The position numbers and the translations under genes were made by a program. From Macrostomum lignano (lineage: Eukaryota), in NCBI GenBank assembly GCA_002269645.1, contig NIVC01000326.1, positions 372,001 to 436,000 of the forward strand: a DNA stretch of 64,000 nt. The letters run 5' to 3'. Positions 27,801-50,709 of this stretch are shown here, piece by piece; position 1 is the stretch's first letter; the number at the start of each line of letters is the position of its first letter. Under the pieces are notes generated by a model. It was not told the DNA's origin. It saw nothing but the letters and a program-made list of their open reading frames with translations, and ran no database searches.

Positions 27801-29089
27801 GCTAGCATAGGCGCACTCATTGGACACTAGCAGATTTATTGCTCCGTGAGATAAAAAGTAGATTTATGACCCCCCCCCATTCTAGTCAGAAGTGATCCGC
27901 CCAGCAGTGGACTGGGCACAGGCACAGCATAGTGCATAGTAAAGAAAGATTATGCATAATTTGCATTTGCAATAGTCAAAATGATTCATACTATTGATAC
28001 CACCAGATTACAAGTCATGCCTCACTGGTTCACCCACCTCAGCTAGCCACAATTATTCATGAAAGCAAAACTATAAATATATACCTGCTTTACTGCCACA
28101 AGGTTCTGTTTTATATAAATTTTGCAAATTAAGTTGGTATATACAAAACATAAGTATATTATTTACTGAATTTATTGCCATAGTTATGGCCAATGAAGGT
28201 CTGGGGCCCTGGACAGAACATAATGCAATATGCATGGCATTAAAACAAGCAAATTGCCTTGTGAAGCATAAATTCTATTGTTATTTAGCACACATCTCAT
28301 TTGAATTTTGCTGACAAAATCTATGAATCAGACCTGGCCAAGGGGGTCAGGCACTGGGTGAACAGAAGGGGGGTCAGGCACTGGGCGAACAGAAGGGGGT
28401 CAGACACTGGGTGAACAGAAGGGGGGTCAGGCACTGGATGAACAGAAGGGGGGTCAGGCACTGGATGAACAGAAGGGGGGTCAGGCACTAGGTGAACAGA
28501 AGGGGGTCAGACACTGGGGGTCAGAAGGGGGTCAGACACTGGGTGAACAGAAGGGGTTCAGACACTGTGTGAATTGGAAAGGGGGGTCAGAACTATGGGT
28601 GAACTGGAAGGGGTCAGAACCTGTGAATTGGTAAGGGGGGTCAGACACTATGGATGAACTGGAAGGGGGTCAGAACTATGGGTGAACTGGAAAGGGGTCA
28701 AACATTGTGGGTGAACAGTGAACTGGAAGGGGGTCAGACATTGTGGGTGAACAGTGAACTGGAAGGGGGTCAGACATGGTGAACTTACTGAACTATTATT
28801 GAAAGAAGTTCAGACACTGTGGGTGAGCAGAAGGGCATGAGTACAAGCACTTCAGTATGACTATGACTATGAGTAAACGAGAAAAGTTGTTGGACAAAAA
28901 CGGTAGATTCCCAGCTTCTCTACTCTAGCTGAGATTTTCAGATTCAATATAAACTGTAAATAGTTCAGCATAAAACTTACGCCCATTCGCAGGTCCGGGA
29001 TCCGTCATGCCGCCACCACCGGCTCCGTTGAGGCCACCGCCGAATTCGTCCAGCTCTGTGGCGGCAGCAGTGCCATTCTCGGGCTGCAT
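18814..29089 (-). CDS. LMO4: LIM-domain-only protein, LMO4-like (about 234 aa); exons complement(join(18814..19183,21026..21251,28981..29089))
   Basis: LIM1 (CAGCGCQITEQFLLQAVDRCWHTRCLKC...SCYSRGGMILCRNDYLK) joins LIM2 (MFGSQGTCFGCSSPISATEFVLRSHNKVYHVNCFVCSHC...VCEGDF) through GT/AG sites in matching phase 2. The linker matches LMO4 SCYTKSGMILCRNDYIRLFG as I recall it. Exon 1 (MQPENGTAAA...ANG, donor GTAAG, phase 1) is less certain, and an alternative in-phase acceptor exists at 21287. No homeobox was seen downstream. Confidence 0.88.
19240..19725. repeat. ~42-bp G-rich minisatellite, array 2 (in LMO intron 2)
   Basis: Read directly. Confidence 0.92.
21289..21387. repeat. 10-bp tandem repeat (AGTACATGAT)
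   Basis: Read directly. Confidence 0.9.
21389..21457 (+). mobile_element. tRNA-derived SINE-like head (degenerate)
   Basis: GGGGCCGAGCAGCTCAGTGGTAAGCGC resembles a tRNA D-arm/A-box. GTCGTG-TGATC-CACGGC forms a shortened T-arm with a broken B-box. Confidence 0.45.
25290..25735. repeat. 31-34-bp minisatellite (GAAGGATCAGAGATCCCAAATGACACCCCGTGAT)
   Basis: Read directly. Confidence 0.92.
26395..27790. repeat. ~22-bp minisatellite (GCCAACAGGGGATGAGAGGGAC)
   Basis: Read directly. It explains the three 470-524 aa ORFs. Confidence 0.95.
28340..28830. repeat. ~26-bp degenerate minisatellite (GGGGGTCAGGCACTGGGTGAACAGAA)
   Basis: Read directly. Confidence 0.85.
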
Positions 29090-31024
29090 AGCGGGAGCTG
29101 CTGTGTCCGCCAGTCGGTAGTGCGCGTGAGACAGCATTTTTAATTAAAATTTTATAATTAGATAAATCGCAGGAACCAGACGGATTAAATTGGTCTCGCT
29201 AAATTGGGTCTGGCTGGCTTGTGTAATTCTCAGCTAATCTATATCAAGCGATCAAACCCGGAGGGGGGCTCTTCAGCCAATTCCGATAAACAAAACAGAA
29301 CTGATAAGTCTTAGCTCGCTGTCTTCTCTAGTCGCTGGTCCGGTGTCCCCGACAAGCCCTTTATATTCTCCTGGAGCGTTGGTGTGTGCAACGCGGGCAG
29401 TGTATACACGCGGAGTGCATAAATAAAAATTGTCCAGCCAGCGCGCACGCCTCTCTCGATAAGCGAGCGTGCAGCCACCCTCCCCCATTCCCGGGCTGAG
29501 CCCCCACCCCACCGACAGCCAACCCCGACTCCCCAACCAATTTTCTTTACTGTCATGAGTGATTCACTCAAATTGGGCAAGGGGCAGCGAGCCAACCCCA
29601 GGCCGCCGCTGAATCTGCATGTACATTGGAAGGGGGCCGGGGCAAGAGAGAGAATGTTTTCCAGGCGGTAATGTTGTGGCCTGAACTGAATGGGGAATCC
29701 CCTGCTATTGCGTTTGGCTAACTTTAATGAGCAGTTGATAATCTTCAATGCGAGCTGACATTCTTGTTGCCTACTTAGCTAAGTAGAACGAGTGTGCATA
29801 TGATAAATATTTGCGTCTTAATTATTGAAGTCCTATTTTTTCAGAATATCTACTTTAAAAAAAGTATGACATATTTGACTGAATTAACTCCGATTAATCT
29901 ACCATCGAGACTGCATCTGGTAGCAAGAAAATTCATAAATCCCAGTGGTAGCTCAAACAAAGGCTCTGCTTAGGACGCTGATGCAATGCAGGGGACGTGG
30001 AAATAGGCAGCAATGCCAGTCTCAGTCTGCAAACAATACTTGGATTGTGAGAATCGACATAAACTATCAGCGGGCGGGCGTGAGCACGTAATCCAGCACA
30101 GTAGAACTCGCGTTGGCAACACTGCTTGCAGTGCCAGCTGCCCAGGTCCCAGCGTGTGGGCCTGCAGCACAATAACAATGATGAGGCTGCGTTGTCTGCT
30201 GGAAGCTGTTCCACCTGACTGGAGCTCCATGGATTGCCAGGCAGTCAGGTGTGAAGCCCCGCCAGCCTCCTGCAGGTGAAGAACACATGCCGACGGGAGA
30301 CTGCAGCAAAGTCTCGCATGAGAAGTCTCCAAGCGGTCGGGGTGGGGGGATTTTCAAACTCAACTCAAAGCGCCTGTACAGACACAGACGGACCTCATGC
30401 GTGTTGCGGCGCCCTGCAAATTTCTGCATCCTCTCCAAGCACAATGGGAATTGCTGAGTGCATTCTCAATGCGGCTTGCTTAACTTTTTTAAAGAAAACA
30501 TTTCAGCGAGAGCTTCGATGAGAGAATTGAGAGGGGGGGGGGGTCAATGCCTGGGTGGACTCGAATGCAAAAAGCAGCCCGAACTCGTTGAGCAAGTTTT
30601 TTAATCTGTAGGATATGGGAGCGCTTCCTATAGGATAGGCTCATAAATTTATGGAATCTTGTACTGCCAATGGATAGATCGTACAGTCCCGTATGCAAAG
30701 TGGGCAAACAAATAACGGCTTAGTCCTTTTTATATTTTGTAACAAAAAATTCAACAAAAAGAATTTGTGAGCAAGCAAAAAAATTGTTTTATTTGAATGC
30801 TCGCTGCATGAGTAGCGGGACGAACTAACTGATACAATAAACTGCCGATTGAGTCCTTTGATCTTGAGTCGCAGCCAAGCTGATCGGATCCGCTGAATAT
30901 AGCGATAGTATCTAGTTTTTCAAATATCCAGTTTTCTGTACCGGCTCAGTTGCTTTTCGTCAATTGTTTCCAGTTGAAGGCAAGCAATTTTATTTGCTGA
31001 ATGCTGCTGTGTGCAAGACTAATA

Positions 31025-31295
31025 TAGTAGAGGAGAAGAAAAGAGAGGAGAGGAGGAGAATAGAGTAGAGTAGAGTATAGAGTAGAGTAGAGTAGAGTAG
31101 AGTAGAGTAGAGTAGAGTAGAGTAGAGTAGAGTAGAGTAGAGTAGAGTAGAGTAGAGTAGAATAGAGTAGAGTAGAGTAGAGTAGAGTAGAGTAGAGTAG
31201 AGGAGAGGAGAGTAGAGGAGAGGAGAGGAGAGTAGAGTAGTGTAGATGAGAGTAGAGTAGAGTAGAGGAGAGGAGAGTAGAGGAGAGGAGAGTTG
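31025..31295. repeat. (AGAGT)n/(AGAGG)n pentanucleotide microsatellite
   Basis: Read directly. Confidence 0.92.
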
Positions 31296-31989
31296 AGTGA
31301 GTCGATTCTCTTTCATACAATATACCAGAACACCTCCAAACTTTTATTCTCGAACTAAAAAATGTTACCATCCAATATACTAAAAATGAAAATCTTGCTT
31401 GCTTGTAATCGATTAGAGAAAAAATGGCTTAACCGATTTTCATGAGACTTGCACTGTTCGATCAGAAATTTTCCCGTGACTGTACATGCATTGTGGCTAA
31501 GAAATTTCTCGATGCTAAAGGCATTAAATATTCGAAAAACATGCTTTTTCGCAAAGGTCAAGCAAACTTTTCGACTTGAAATGCATTGTAAGAATGCTAG
31601 AGAAAAAACTGACTGGTTGAATTCTGATTCTGAAATAGATTGCATCATAACTGAATTGTAACTCCGACTTGAATTGCGTCACAGTATTGAAAATGCAGTG
31701 TGGAAGCGTAGCACCAGACTTGATTTAGATTGCGTAACCATATCCTCAACTTTAATTGAGACTGATACTGACTTGCCTGGGAAATTGATTATGTCATAAC
31801 TGATTCGTGAGTGAGTGTTGAATTATATAAGTGCTACAATTTAATTTATAAATTCGATAATAGCTAGCCTAGAAGTGAACAGACTGGACTGCAAATGCAG
31901 CGACCTGGGTTCGAATCTAAGTAGTGAAAAGTTTTTTATTAAAACCTTTTATTAAAGGACAAATAAAGGACAAAAGGCGTCAGGTAAAA

Positions 31990-33060
31990 AAGCATAGAAG
32001 CGTCATGTAAAAAATCATAGAAGCGTCATGTAAACAATCATAGAAGCGTCATGTAAACAATCATGAAAGCGTCATGAAAAAATCATAGAAGCGTCATGTA
32101 AAAAATCAAAGAAGCGTCATGTAAAAAATCATGAAAGCGTCATGAAAAAATCATAGAAGCGTCATGAAAAAATCATGGAAGCGTCATGTAAAAAATCATA
32201 GAAGCGCCATGTAAAAAATCATAGAAGCGTCATGTAAAAAATCATAGAAGCGTCATGTAAAAATCAAAGAAGCGTCATGTAAAAAATCATAGAAGCGTCA
32301 TGTAAACAATCATAGAAGCGTCATGTAAACAATCATGAAAGCGTCATATAAACAATCATAGAAGCGTCATGAAAAAATCATGAAAGCGTCATGAAAAAAT
32401 CATAGAAGCGTCATGTAAAAAATCAAAGAAGCGTCATATAAAAAATCATAGAAGCGTCATGTAAAAAATCATAGAAGCGTCATGTAAACAATCTTGAAAG
32501 CGTCATGTAAAAAATCATAGAAGCGCCATGTAAAAAATCATAGAAGCGTCATGTAAAAAAGCATAGAAGCGTCATGTAAAAAATCATAGAAGCGTCATGT
32601 AAAAAATTCATAGAAGCGTCATGTAAACAATCATGAAAGCGTCATAAAGAAATCATAGAAGCGTCATGCAAAATTATAGAAGCGTCATGTAAAAAATCAT
32701 AGAAGCGTCATGTAAAATATCATAGAAGCGTAATGTAAAAAATCATGAAAGCGTCATGAAAAAATCATAGAAGCGTCATGTAAAATATCATAGAAGCGTC
32801 ATGTAAAAAATCATAGAAGCGTCATGTAAAAAATCATAGAAGCGTCATGTAAACAATCATAGAAGCGTCATGTAAAAATCATAGAAGCGCCATGTAAAAA
32901 ATCATAGAAGCGTCACGTAAGCAATCATAGAAGCGTCATATAAAAAATCATAGAAGCTTCATGTAAAAAATCATAGAAGCGTCATGTAAAAAAATCATAC
33001 TGACATCAAAAATCAAGTGACAAAAAAAATGTCAGACATGAAAGAAGTGTCATGTAAAAA
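31990..33060. repeat. 23-bp minisatellite (AAAAAATCATAGAAGCGTCATGT) inside element A
   Basis: Read directly. Confidence 0.93.
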
Positions 33061-33839
33061 TTAAATGAAGCTATTGTGCTGTGCTGGGGAGACTTACTGT
33101 GCTAGATGTCAAGGCTTACGGAGAAAAACTGAGATTACAGGGGGGGGGTTTCTGAGATGTCAAAGCAAAAGTCAGAAGCTACTTCAAAGTACATGTACTT
33201 TACTCAATTTTTTTATTACATTCTTTGTTGGCTCGCCACGGGGGGGCGCTGATAGAAGAAGAGTCATGTAAAAAAGAAAAGAAGCACTATGTATACATAA
33301 AAGAAGAGTCATGTCGAAGTTAAAAGATTCATTTGGGAATTGCTACGATGTCAAGGCTTGGAGGGAATCGCTATAGCTCTGTGATTCTTGAAGAAAGAAT
33401 CACTAAATTTTCAAGGCTTAGGGGAGAAGAATTGCTGAGATTTCAAGGCTTTAGGTTGGGTTAAAGTTAGGTTTAGGTCAGGTGTGGGTTGAGGGTTATA
33501 TTTTATCGGGTTTCAAGGTTAACAGGGGATTTTTCAGATATCAAGGTTTATGGGGGGCATTGCTGACATGTCAAGGCTCATGGGGGAATAAATGAGATTT
33601 CAAGGCTAAAGTCAGAAGCTACATGTAGTCCATTGAAAACTTTTTTTCTTTATTTGTTGGCTCCTCACGGGAGGGATCGCTGATAGAAAAAGCGTAATGT
33701 AAAAAATAAAAGAAGCTTCATGTCGAAGTTAAGAGATTCATTTGGGAATCCCTACGATGTTGAGGCTTGCAAGGAATCGCTTTAATGCTGTAGTAGTGCT
33801 ATAATGACTGTTAAAGAGAATTACTGAAATGTCAATGCT

Positions 33840-33908
33840 TTAGGGTTAGGGTTAGGGTTAGGGTTAGGGTTAGGGTTAGGGCTAGGGTTAGGCTAGGGCT
33901 AGGGTTAG
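33840..33908 (+). repeat. Interstitial telomeric repeat: (TTAGGG)7 plus CTAGGG variants
   Basis: Seven perfect TTAGGG at 33840-33881, followed by variant units. Confidence 0.9.
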
Positions 33909-34799
33909 AAGGTTGACAGATTTTTTAAGATTGCAAGGCTTATGGGGCATTGCTGAGATGTCAAGGGGGTTGATATGCTAAGGCTTGTGGGGGGATTTTC
34001 TGACATGTCAAGGCTTACAAGGTATAATGCAAAGAGACGCTTACATGTAGTTTATTAAAAAAAACTTGTACTGCATTTTTTTGGCTCCCCAACGGGGGGC
34101 GCTGATTGCTAGTCCAATATACTAAAAATGGTCTGTCGGTATGTGTGTGTGTGTATGTGTGTGTGTGTGATCGATTTTAGCAAAAACGGCTCAACCGATT
34201 TTCTTCGAACTTGCACTGTTCGATCAGAAATTTTCCCGTGACAGTACATGCATCGTGGCTAAGAAATTGCTTGATGCTAAAGGGATTAAATATTCGAAAA
34301 ACATGCTTTTTTGCAAAGGTCAAGCAGCTCTTTCGACTTGAAATGCATCGTAAGAATGCTAGCAGAAAAACTGACTGGTTGAATTCTGATTCTGAAATAG
34401 ATTGCATCACAATACACTTTATTTATCGTCTGTGTACTGGCTGAATTTGACACTCAATTGAATTGCGTCACAGCTTTGAGTGTGAAAGCATAGCGCAGTA
34501 CTGAATTTATATTACGTAACCATATTGTAAACTTTCATAGACACTGGTACTGACTTGCCTAAGAAATTGATTATGTCATAACTGCTTCGTGAGACTTTTT
34601 ACTCTACCTGACTTGGTGTGAGTGTTGAATTATATAAGTGGTACAACATCACTGATAACTTCGATGAGAGCTAGCCTAGAGCTGAACAGACCAGACTGCT
34701 AATGCAGCGACCTAGGTTCGAATCTAAGTAGTTTAAAAGTAGTAGTGTAAAATTTTTTATTAAAAGGTTTTATTAAAGGACTAAATAAAAACACTTAGA

Positions 34800-36725
34800 T
34801 TACTGCACTCGATAAGCCAAGGATTATTGCTATTAATAAACCAAGGACTACTGCACTCGATAAACCAAGGACTATTGCTCTTGGCAAACCAAAGATTACT
34901 GCACTTGATTAATCAAGGATTATTGCTATTAATAAACCAAGGATTACGGCACTTGGAAAACCAAGGATTAATGCACTCGATAAACCAAGGACTATTGCTC
35001 TTGGCAAACCAAGGATTACTGCACTCAAGAAGCCAAGAATTATTGCACTTGGAAAACCAAGGATTAATGCACTCGATAAACCAAGGACTATTGCTCTTGG
35101 CAAACCAAGGATTACTGCACTCAAGAAGCCAAGGATTATTGCTATTAATAAACCAAGGATTACTGCACTTGGAAAACCAAGGATTACTGCACTCGATAAA
35201 CCAAGGACTATTGCTCTTGGCAAACCAAGGATTACTGCACTCAAGAAGCCAAGGATTATTGCACTTGGAAAACCAAGGATTACTGCACTCGATAAACCAA
35301 GGACTATTGCACTTGATAGGCCAAAGATTACTGCGCTTGATAAACCAAGGATTATTGCACTTGATAAACCAAGGATTATTGCACTTGATAAGCCAAGGAT
35401 TACTGCGCTTGATAAACCAAGGATTATTGCACTTGATAAACAAAGGATTATTGCACTTGATAAACAAAGGATTATTGCACTTGATAAACAAAGGATTATT
35501 GCACTTGATAAACCAAGGATTATTGCACTTGATAAGCCAAGGATTATTGCACTTGATAAGCCAAGGATTATTGCACTTGATAAGCCATGGATTATTGCAC
35601 TTGATAGTAAAGAATGTTGCACTTGATAAGCCAAGGATTAATGCACTGGATTATTCAAGGATTATTGATATTAATAAACCAAGGACTACTGCACTCGATA
35701 AACCAAGGATTATTGCTCTTAATAAACCAAGGATTATTGCAGTTGATAAGCCAAGGATTATTGCATCTGATAAACCAAGGATTATTGCAGTTGATAAGCC
35801 AAGGATTATTGCATCTGATAAACCAAGGATTATTGCACTTGATAAACCAAGGATTATTGCACTTGATAAACCAAGGATTATTGCACTTGATAAACCAAGG
35901 ATTATTGCTCTTGGCAAACCAAGGATTACTGCACTCGATAAGCCAAGGATTATTGCTCTTAATAAACCAAGGATTACTGCACTTGGAAAACTAAGGATTA
36001 CTGCACTCGATAAACTAAGGATTATTGCTCTTGGCAAACCAAGGATTATTGCACTTGATAGGCCAAGGATTACTGCACTTGATAAACCAAGGATTATTGC
36101 ACTTGATAAACCAAGGATTATTGCACTTGATAAGCCAAGGATTATTGCACTTGATAGGCCAAGGATTACTGCGCTTGATAAACCAAGGACTATTGCACTT
36201 GATAAACCAAGGATTATTGCAGTTGATAAGCCAAGGATTATTGCACTTGATAAACCAAGGATTATTGCACTTGATAAACCAAGGATTATTGCACTTGATA
36301 AACCAAGGATTATTGCACTTGATAGGCCAAGGATTACTGCACTTGATAAACCAAGGATTATTGCACTTGATAGGCCAAAGATTACTGCGCTTGATAAACC
36401 AAGGATTATTGCAGTTGATAAGCCAAGGATTATTGCACTTGATAAACCAAGGATTATTTCACTTGATAAACCAAGGATTATTGCACTTGATAAACCAAGG
36501 ATTATTGCACTTAATAAACCAAGGATTATTGCACTTGATAAACCAAGGATTATTGCACTTGATAAACAAAGGATTATTGCACTTGATAAACCAAGGATTA
36601 TTGCACTTGATAAGCCAAAGATTACTGCACTTGATAAACCAAGGATTATTGCACTTGATAAACCAAGGATTATTGCACTTGATTAATCAAGGATTATTGC
36701 TATTAATAAACCAAGGATTATTGCA
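34800..36725. repeat. 24-bp minisatellite (TTGATAAACCAAGGATTATTGCAC) inside element B
   Basis: Read directly. It generates the 619-aa LLHLINQG/ALDKPRII ORF. Confidence 0.95.
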
Positions 36726-36849
36726 CTAGCTGAGAAGCTGATTACTGCGCTGTCTAAAAAAGAGATTATTTCGCTCGCTGAGACGTGGATTGTTGCACAA
36801 CCTGAGAAAGCGATTATTGCATTAGCGGAAGTAACATTTGCACTAGCTA

Positions 36850-37255
36850 CTTGCTGTCTCGTGGATGCTTGCTCTCGAGGGGGATACTTGCTATTTGGGA
36901 GAGGGGGTACTGGCTACATGCATGGGATTCTTTCTATCCAGGGATGCTTGCTATTCAGGGATTCTTGCTATCTGCAGGATGCTTGCTATTTAGGGATTCT
37001 TGCTATCTGCAGGATGCTTGCTATCTAGGTGGATGCTTCTATAATATCTGGGGGGTGCTTGCTATCTGCAGGATGCTTCTATAATATCTGGGGGTGCTTG
37101 ATATCTGCAGAATGCTTGCTATCTGAGTGGATGCTTGCTATCTGGGTGGATGCTTCTATAATATCTGGGGGGTGCTTGCTAATCTGCAGATGCTTGCTAT
37201 CTGTGGTGATTCTTGCTATGAGCATTAGAGGATGCTTGCTATCTGCGATTGTTCA
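36850..37255. repeat. Degenerate GGATGCTTGCTATCT repeats inside element B
   Basis: Read directly. Confidence 0.75.
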
Positions 37256-37614
37256 CTTTTGGAGGGGGTTGCTTGCTGTCTTGGGAATATTTTCTATTTA
37301 GTGAAACGATATTTTGTTGACTGTTTGTTAATTTTAGAGAAAAAGTGATTTTTTAATTTTGCAAACATCTTAGTCCGTGACAATTTTACACGAATAAGGT
37401 GATTTTTAAAATGTGAAGAAGGAATTAGTGTTTAAGAAAATGTGTTTTTTTATTGTTTTCCATGAACTATTTTTGCTCCTTTCTTATTGGGCGCCCCGAA
37501 GGGGGGCCGCACTAGATTGCTAGTTATTCTCTTGAAAGGTCCAAATTAAACGAAGTAATAAAGTTCGCTGTGCTCTACAGTCCAAAAGACCAGTTGCTAA
37601 GATTTCGATTGCAG

Positions 37615-48906
<11,292 letters not shown>

Positions 48907-48996
48907 TGCTGCAGTCACAGATTAGCACGCGGGAAAACTTCTCGGACTGGGAAGGCAGTTACCAACTCAGGCTTTCGTGTGGGAGGCGGCTGCGGC

Positions 48997-49087
48997 TTGT
49001 TTAATTGCTTCATCTGCTTGCTGCGGGGCGGGGGTGGCTGCAAACTGAGTCCACTCGCGGGGCATCGATCGCTGTTGCCATGGTTAC
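48997..49087 (-). promoter_or_regulatory. TRPV proximal promoter module: X-box GTTGCCATGGTTAC (49074-49087) and forkhead site TAAACAA (49003-48997)
   Basis: Near-palindromic X-box 168 nt upstream of the ATG, with an RYAAAYA forkhead site about 70 nt away. Confidence 0.65.
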
Positions 49088-49461
49088 CAAGCCAGTGTTT
49101 GCCTCGGGTGGGCCGAAGAGGAACAAGATGAGGGAAAGAGATGAGGAAAGATTGGGACTCAGAAAAAATTTCATCCCTCTATAAAAAACTCAATTGGAGG
49201 AGTCCGCAGGATTGGCTTGTGGGCTGAGAACAGCAGGATTTTCAGGATGTGATGCTGACCGTCATCTGGCGTCCGTTTGGAGAGCTCCGTGCTGTATGAG
49301 AGTCCTCGGATGAGGCCGCTTCCTGGGCAGGATGGGATGCAGAGTTTCGATTTTAACTTTTACTGCACTCCAAAATTTTGGGATAACTTTGAAATAAAAG
49401 ACTTGTGTATTGCCCTACTTGAAGTAGCAAGATTGATTTCTTACCGATGCGAACTTTTAAC

Positions 49462-50075
<614 letters not shown>

Positions 50076-50709
50076 AGAAATGTTTAAAACTAAATAGCAA
50101 GCACGCGGCAGTCGTGTTGAGGTGACACAAGCAACATTTTCACCCGTAAACAGCTGTCCCCAAACTGTCGCGCGCAAGGTGTGAACGCTCTGATAAGGAC
50201 TCATCTCTGCCAGCTATTTGGAGGTTTGGAAAACTTTTTGGGAAAATTTCGGTTTAACCTCCGGCAGGTCCGAGCAGGCCCAGCAACAAACCAATCCTGG
50301 CGAACTGGAGAGGCGCAGGGGTCTCGGAAGGCTCCGGCAGCTCACTGCCAGATTGGCAGGTCTCGGCGGGGTGCCGCGGCCCAGTCCAAAACGCCTCGAA
50401 AATCTGCGAGCATCTGTTGAACCAAAATGCGCTAAAGCCAGCTTCGAACAGCGGGGGGCGGGCATCTCCATGGTTTGGGGCTTTGCTCGGAGCAGTTGAT
50501 CCTAAAATGTGAGGGCCGAACCGAGCGGACTTGGGACCGGACTACTTGTTAGGTGTGAAAGCGAGATAGAGGGGCTGACCGGTCGAAGCGAAATGCACCC
50601 AGCGGGGTGCCACTCGAGTGGGGTTTAGGGCTACCACTTTTTTTCGAGCATTTGCTCATTTTTGACCGCTACCTTATGCTCCGTTTAAATCCGGTAAGGC
50701 AGTGCTAAA

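Larger units (their letters stand above)
31371..34112 (+). mobile_element. Non-autonomous Helitron-like element, copy A
   Basis: Starts with TC (TCCAATATACTAAAAATG) right after a host A. Ends with a GC hairpin (GCTCCCC-AAC-GGGGGGC, 34084-34100), 8 nt, then CTAG. The first ~600 bp are shared with copy B. No Rep/helicase ORF. Confidence 0.72.
34113..37523 (+). mobile_element. Non-autonomous Helitron-like element, copy B
   Basis: Begins TCCAATATACTAAAAATG immediately after the CTAG of copy A, followed by a (GT)n tract and the AAAACGGCTCAACCGATTTT motif. Ends with a hairpin (GGCGCCCC-GAA-GGGGGGCC, 37490-37508) and CTAG (37520-37523), followed by a host T. Confidence 0.72.

Noticed and set aside
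26136-27820. Three overlapping 470-524 aa ORFs
   Set aside because: They are stop-free frames of the 22-bp minisatellite.
31860-31925. Functional tRNA-Cys gene
   Set aside because: The acceptor stem is missing and the T- and anticodon stems are mismatched. It is kept only as a tRNA-like fragment.
34827-36729. 619-aa ORF of LLHLINQG/ALDKPRII repeats resembling an LRR or repeat protein
   Set aside because: It is the translation of a 24-bp minisatellite inside a Helitron-like element. It is open in several frames and has no unique domain.
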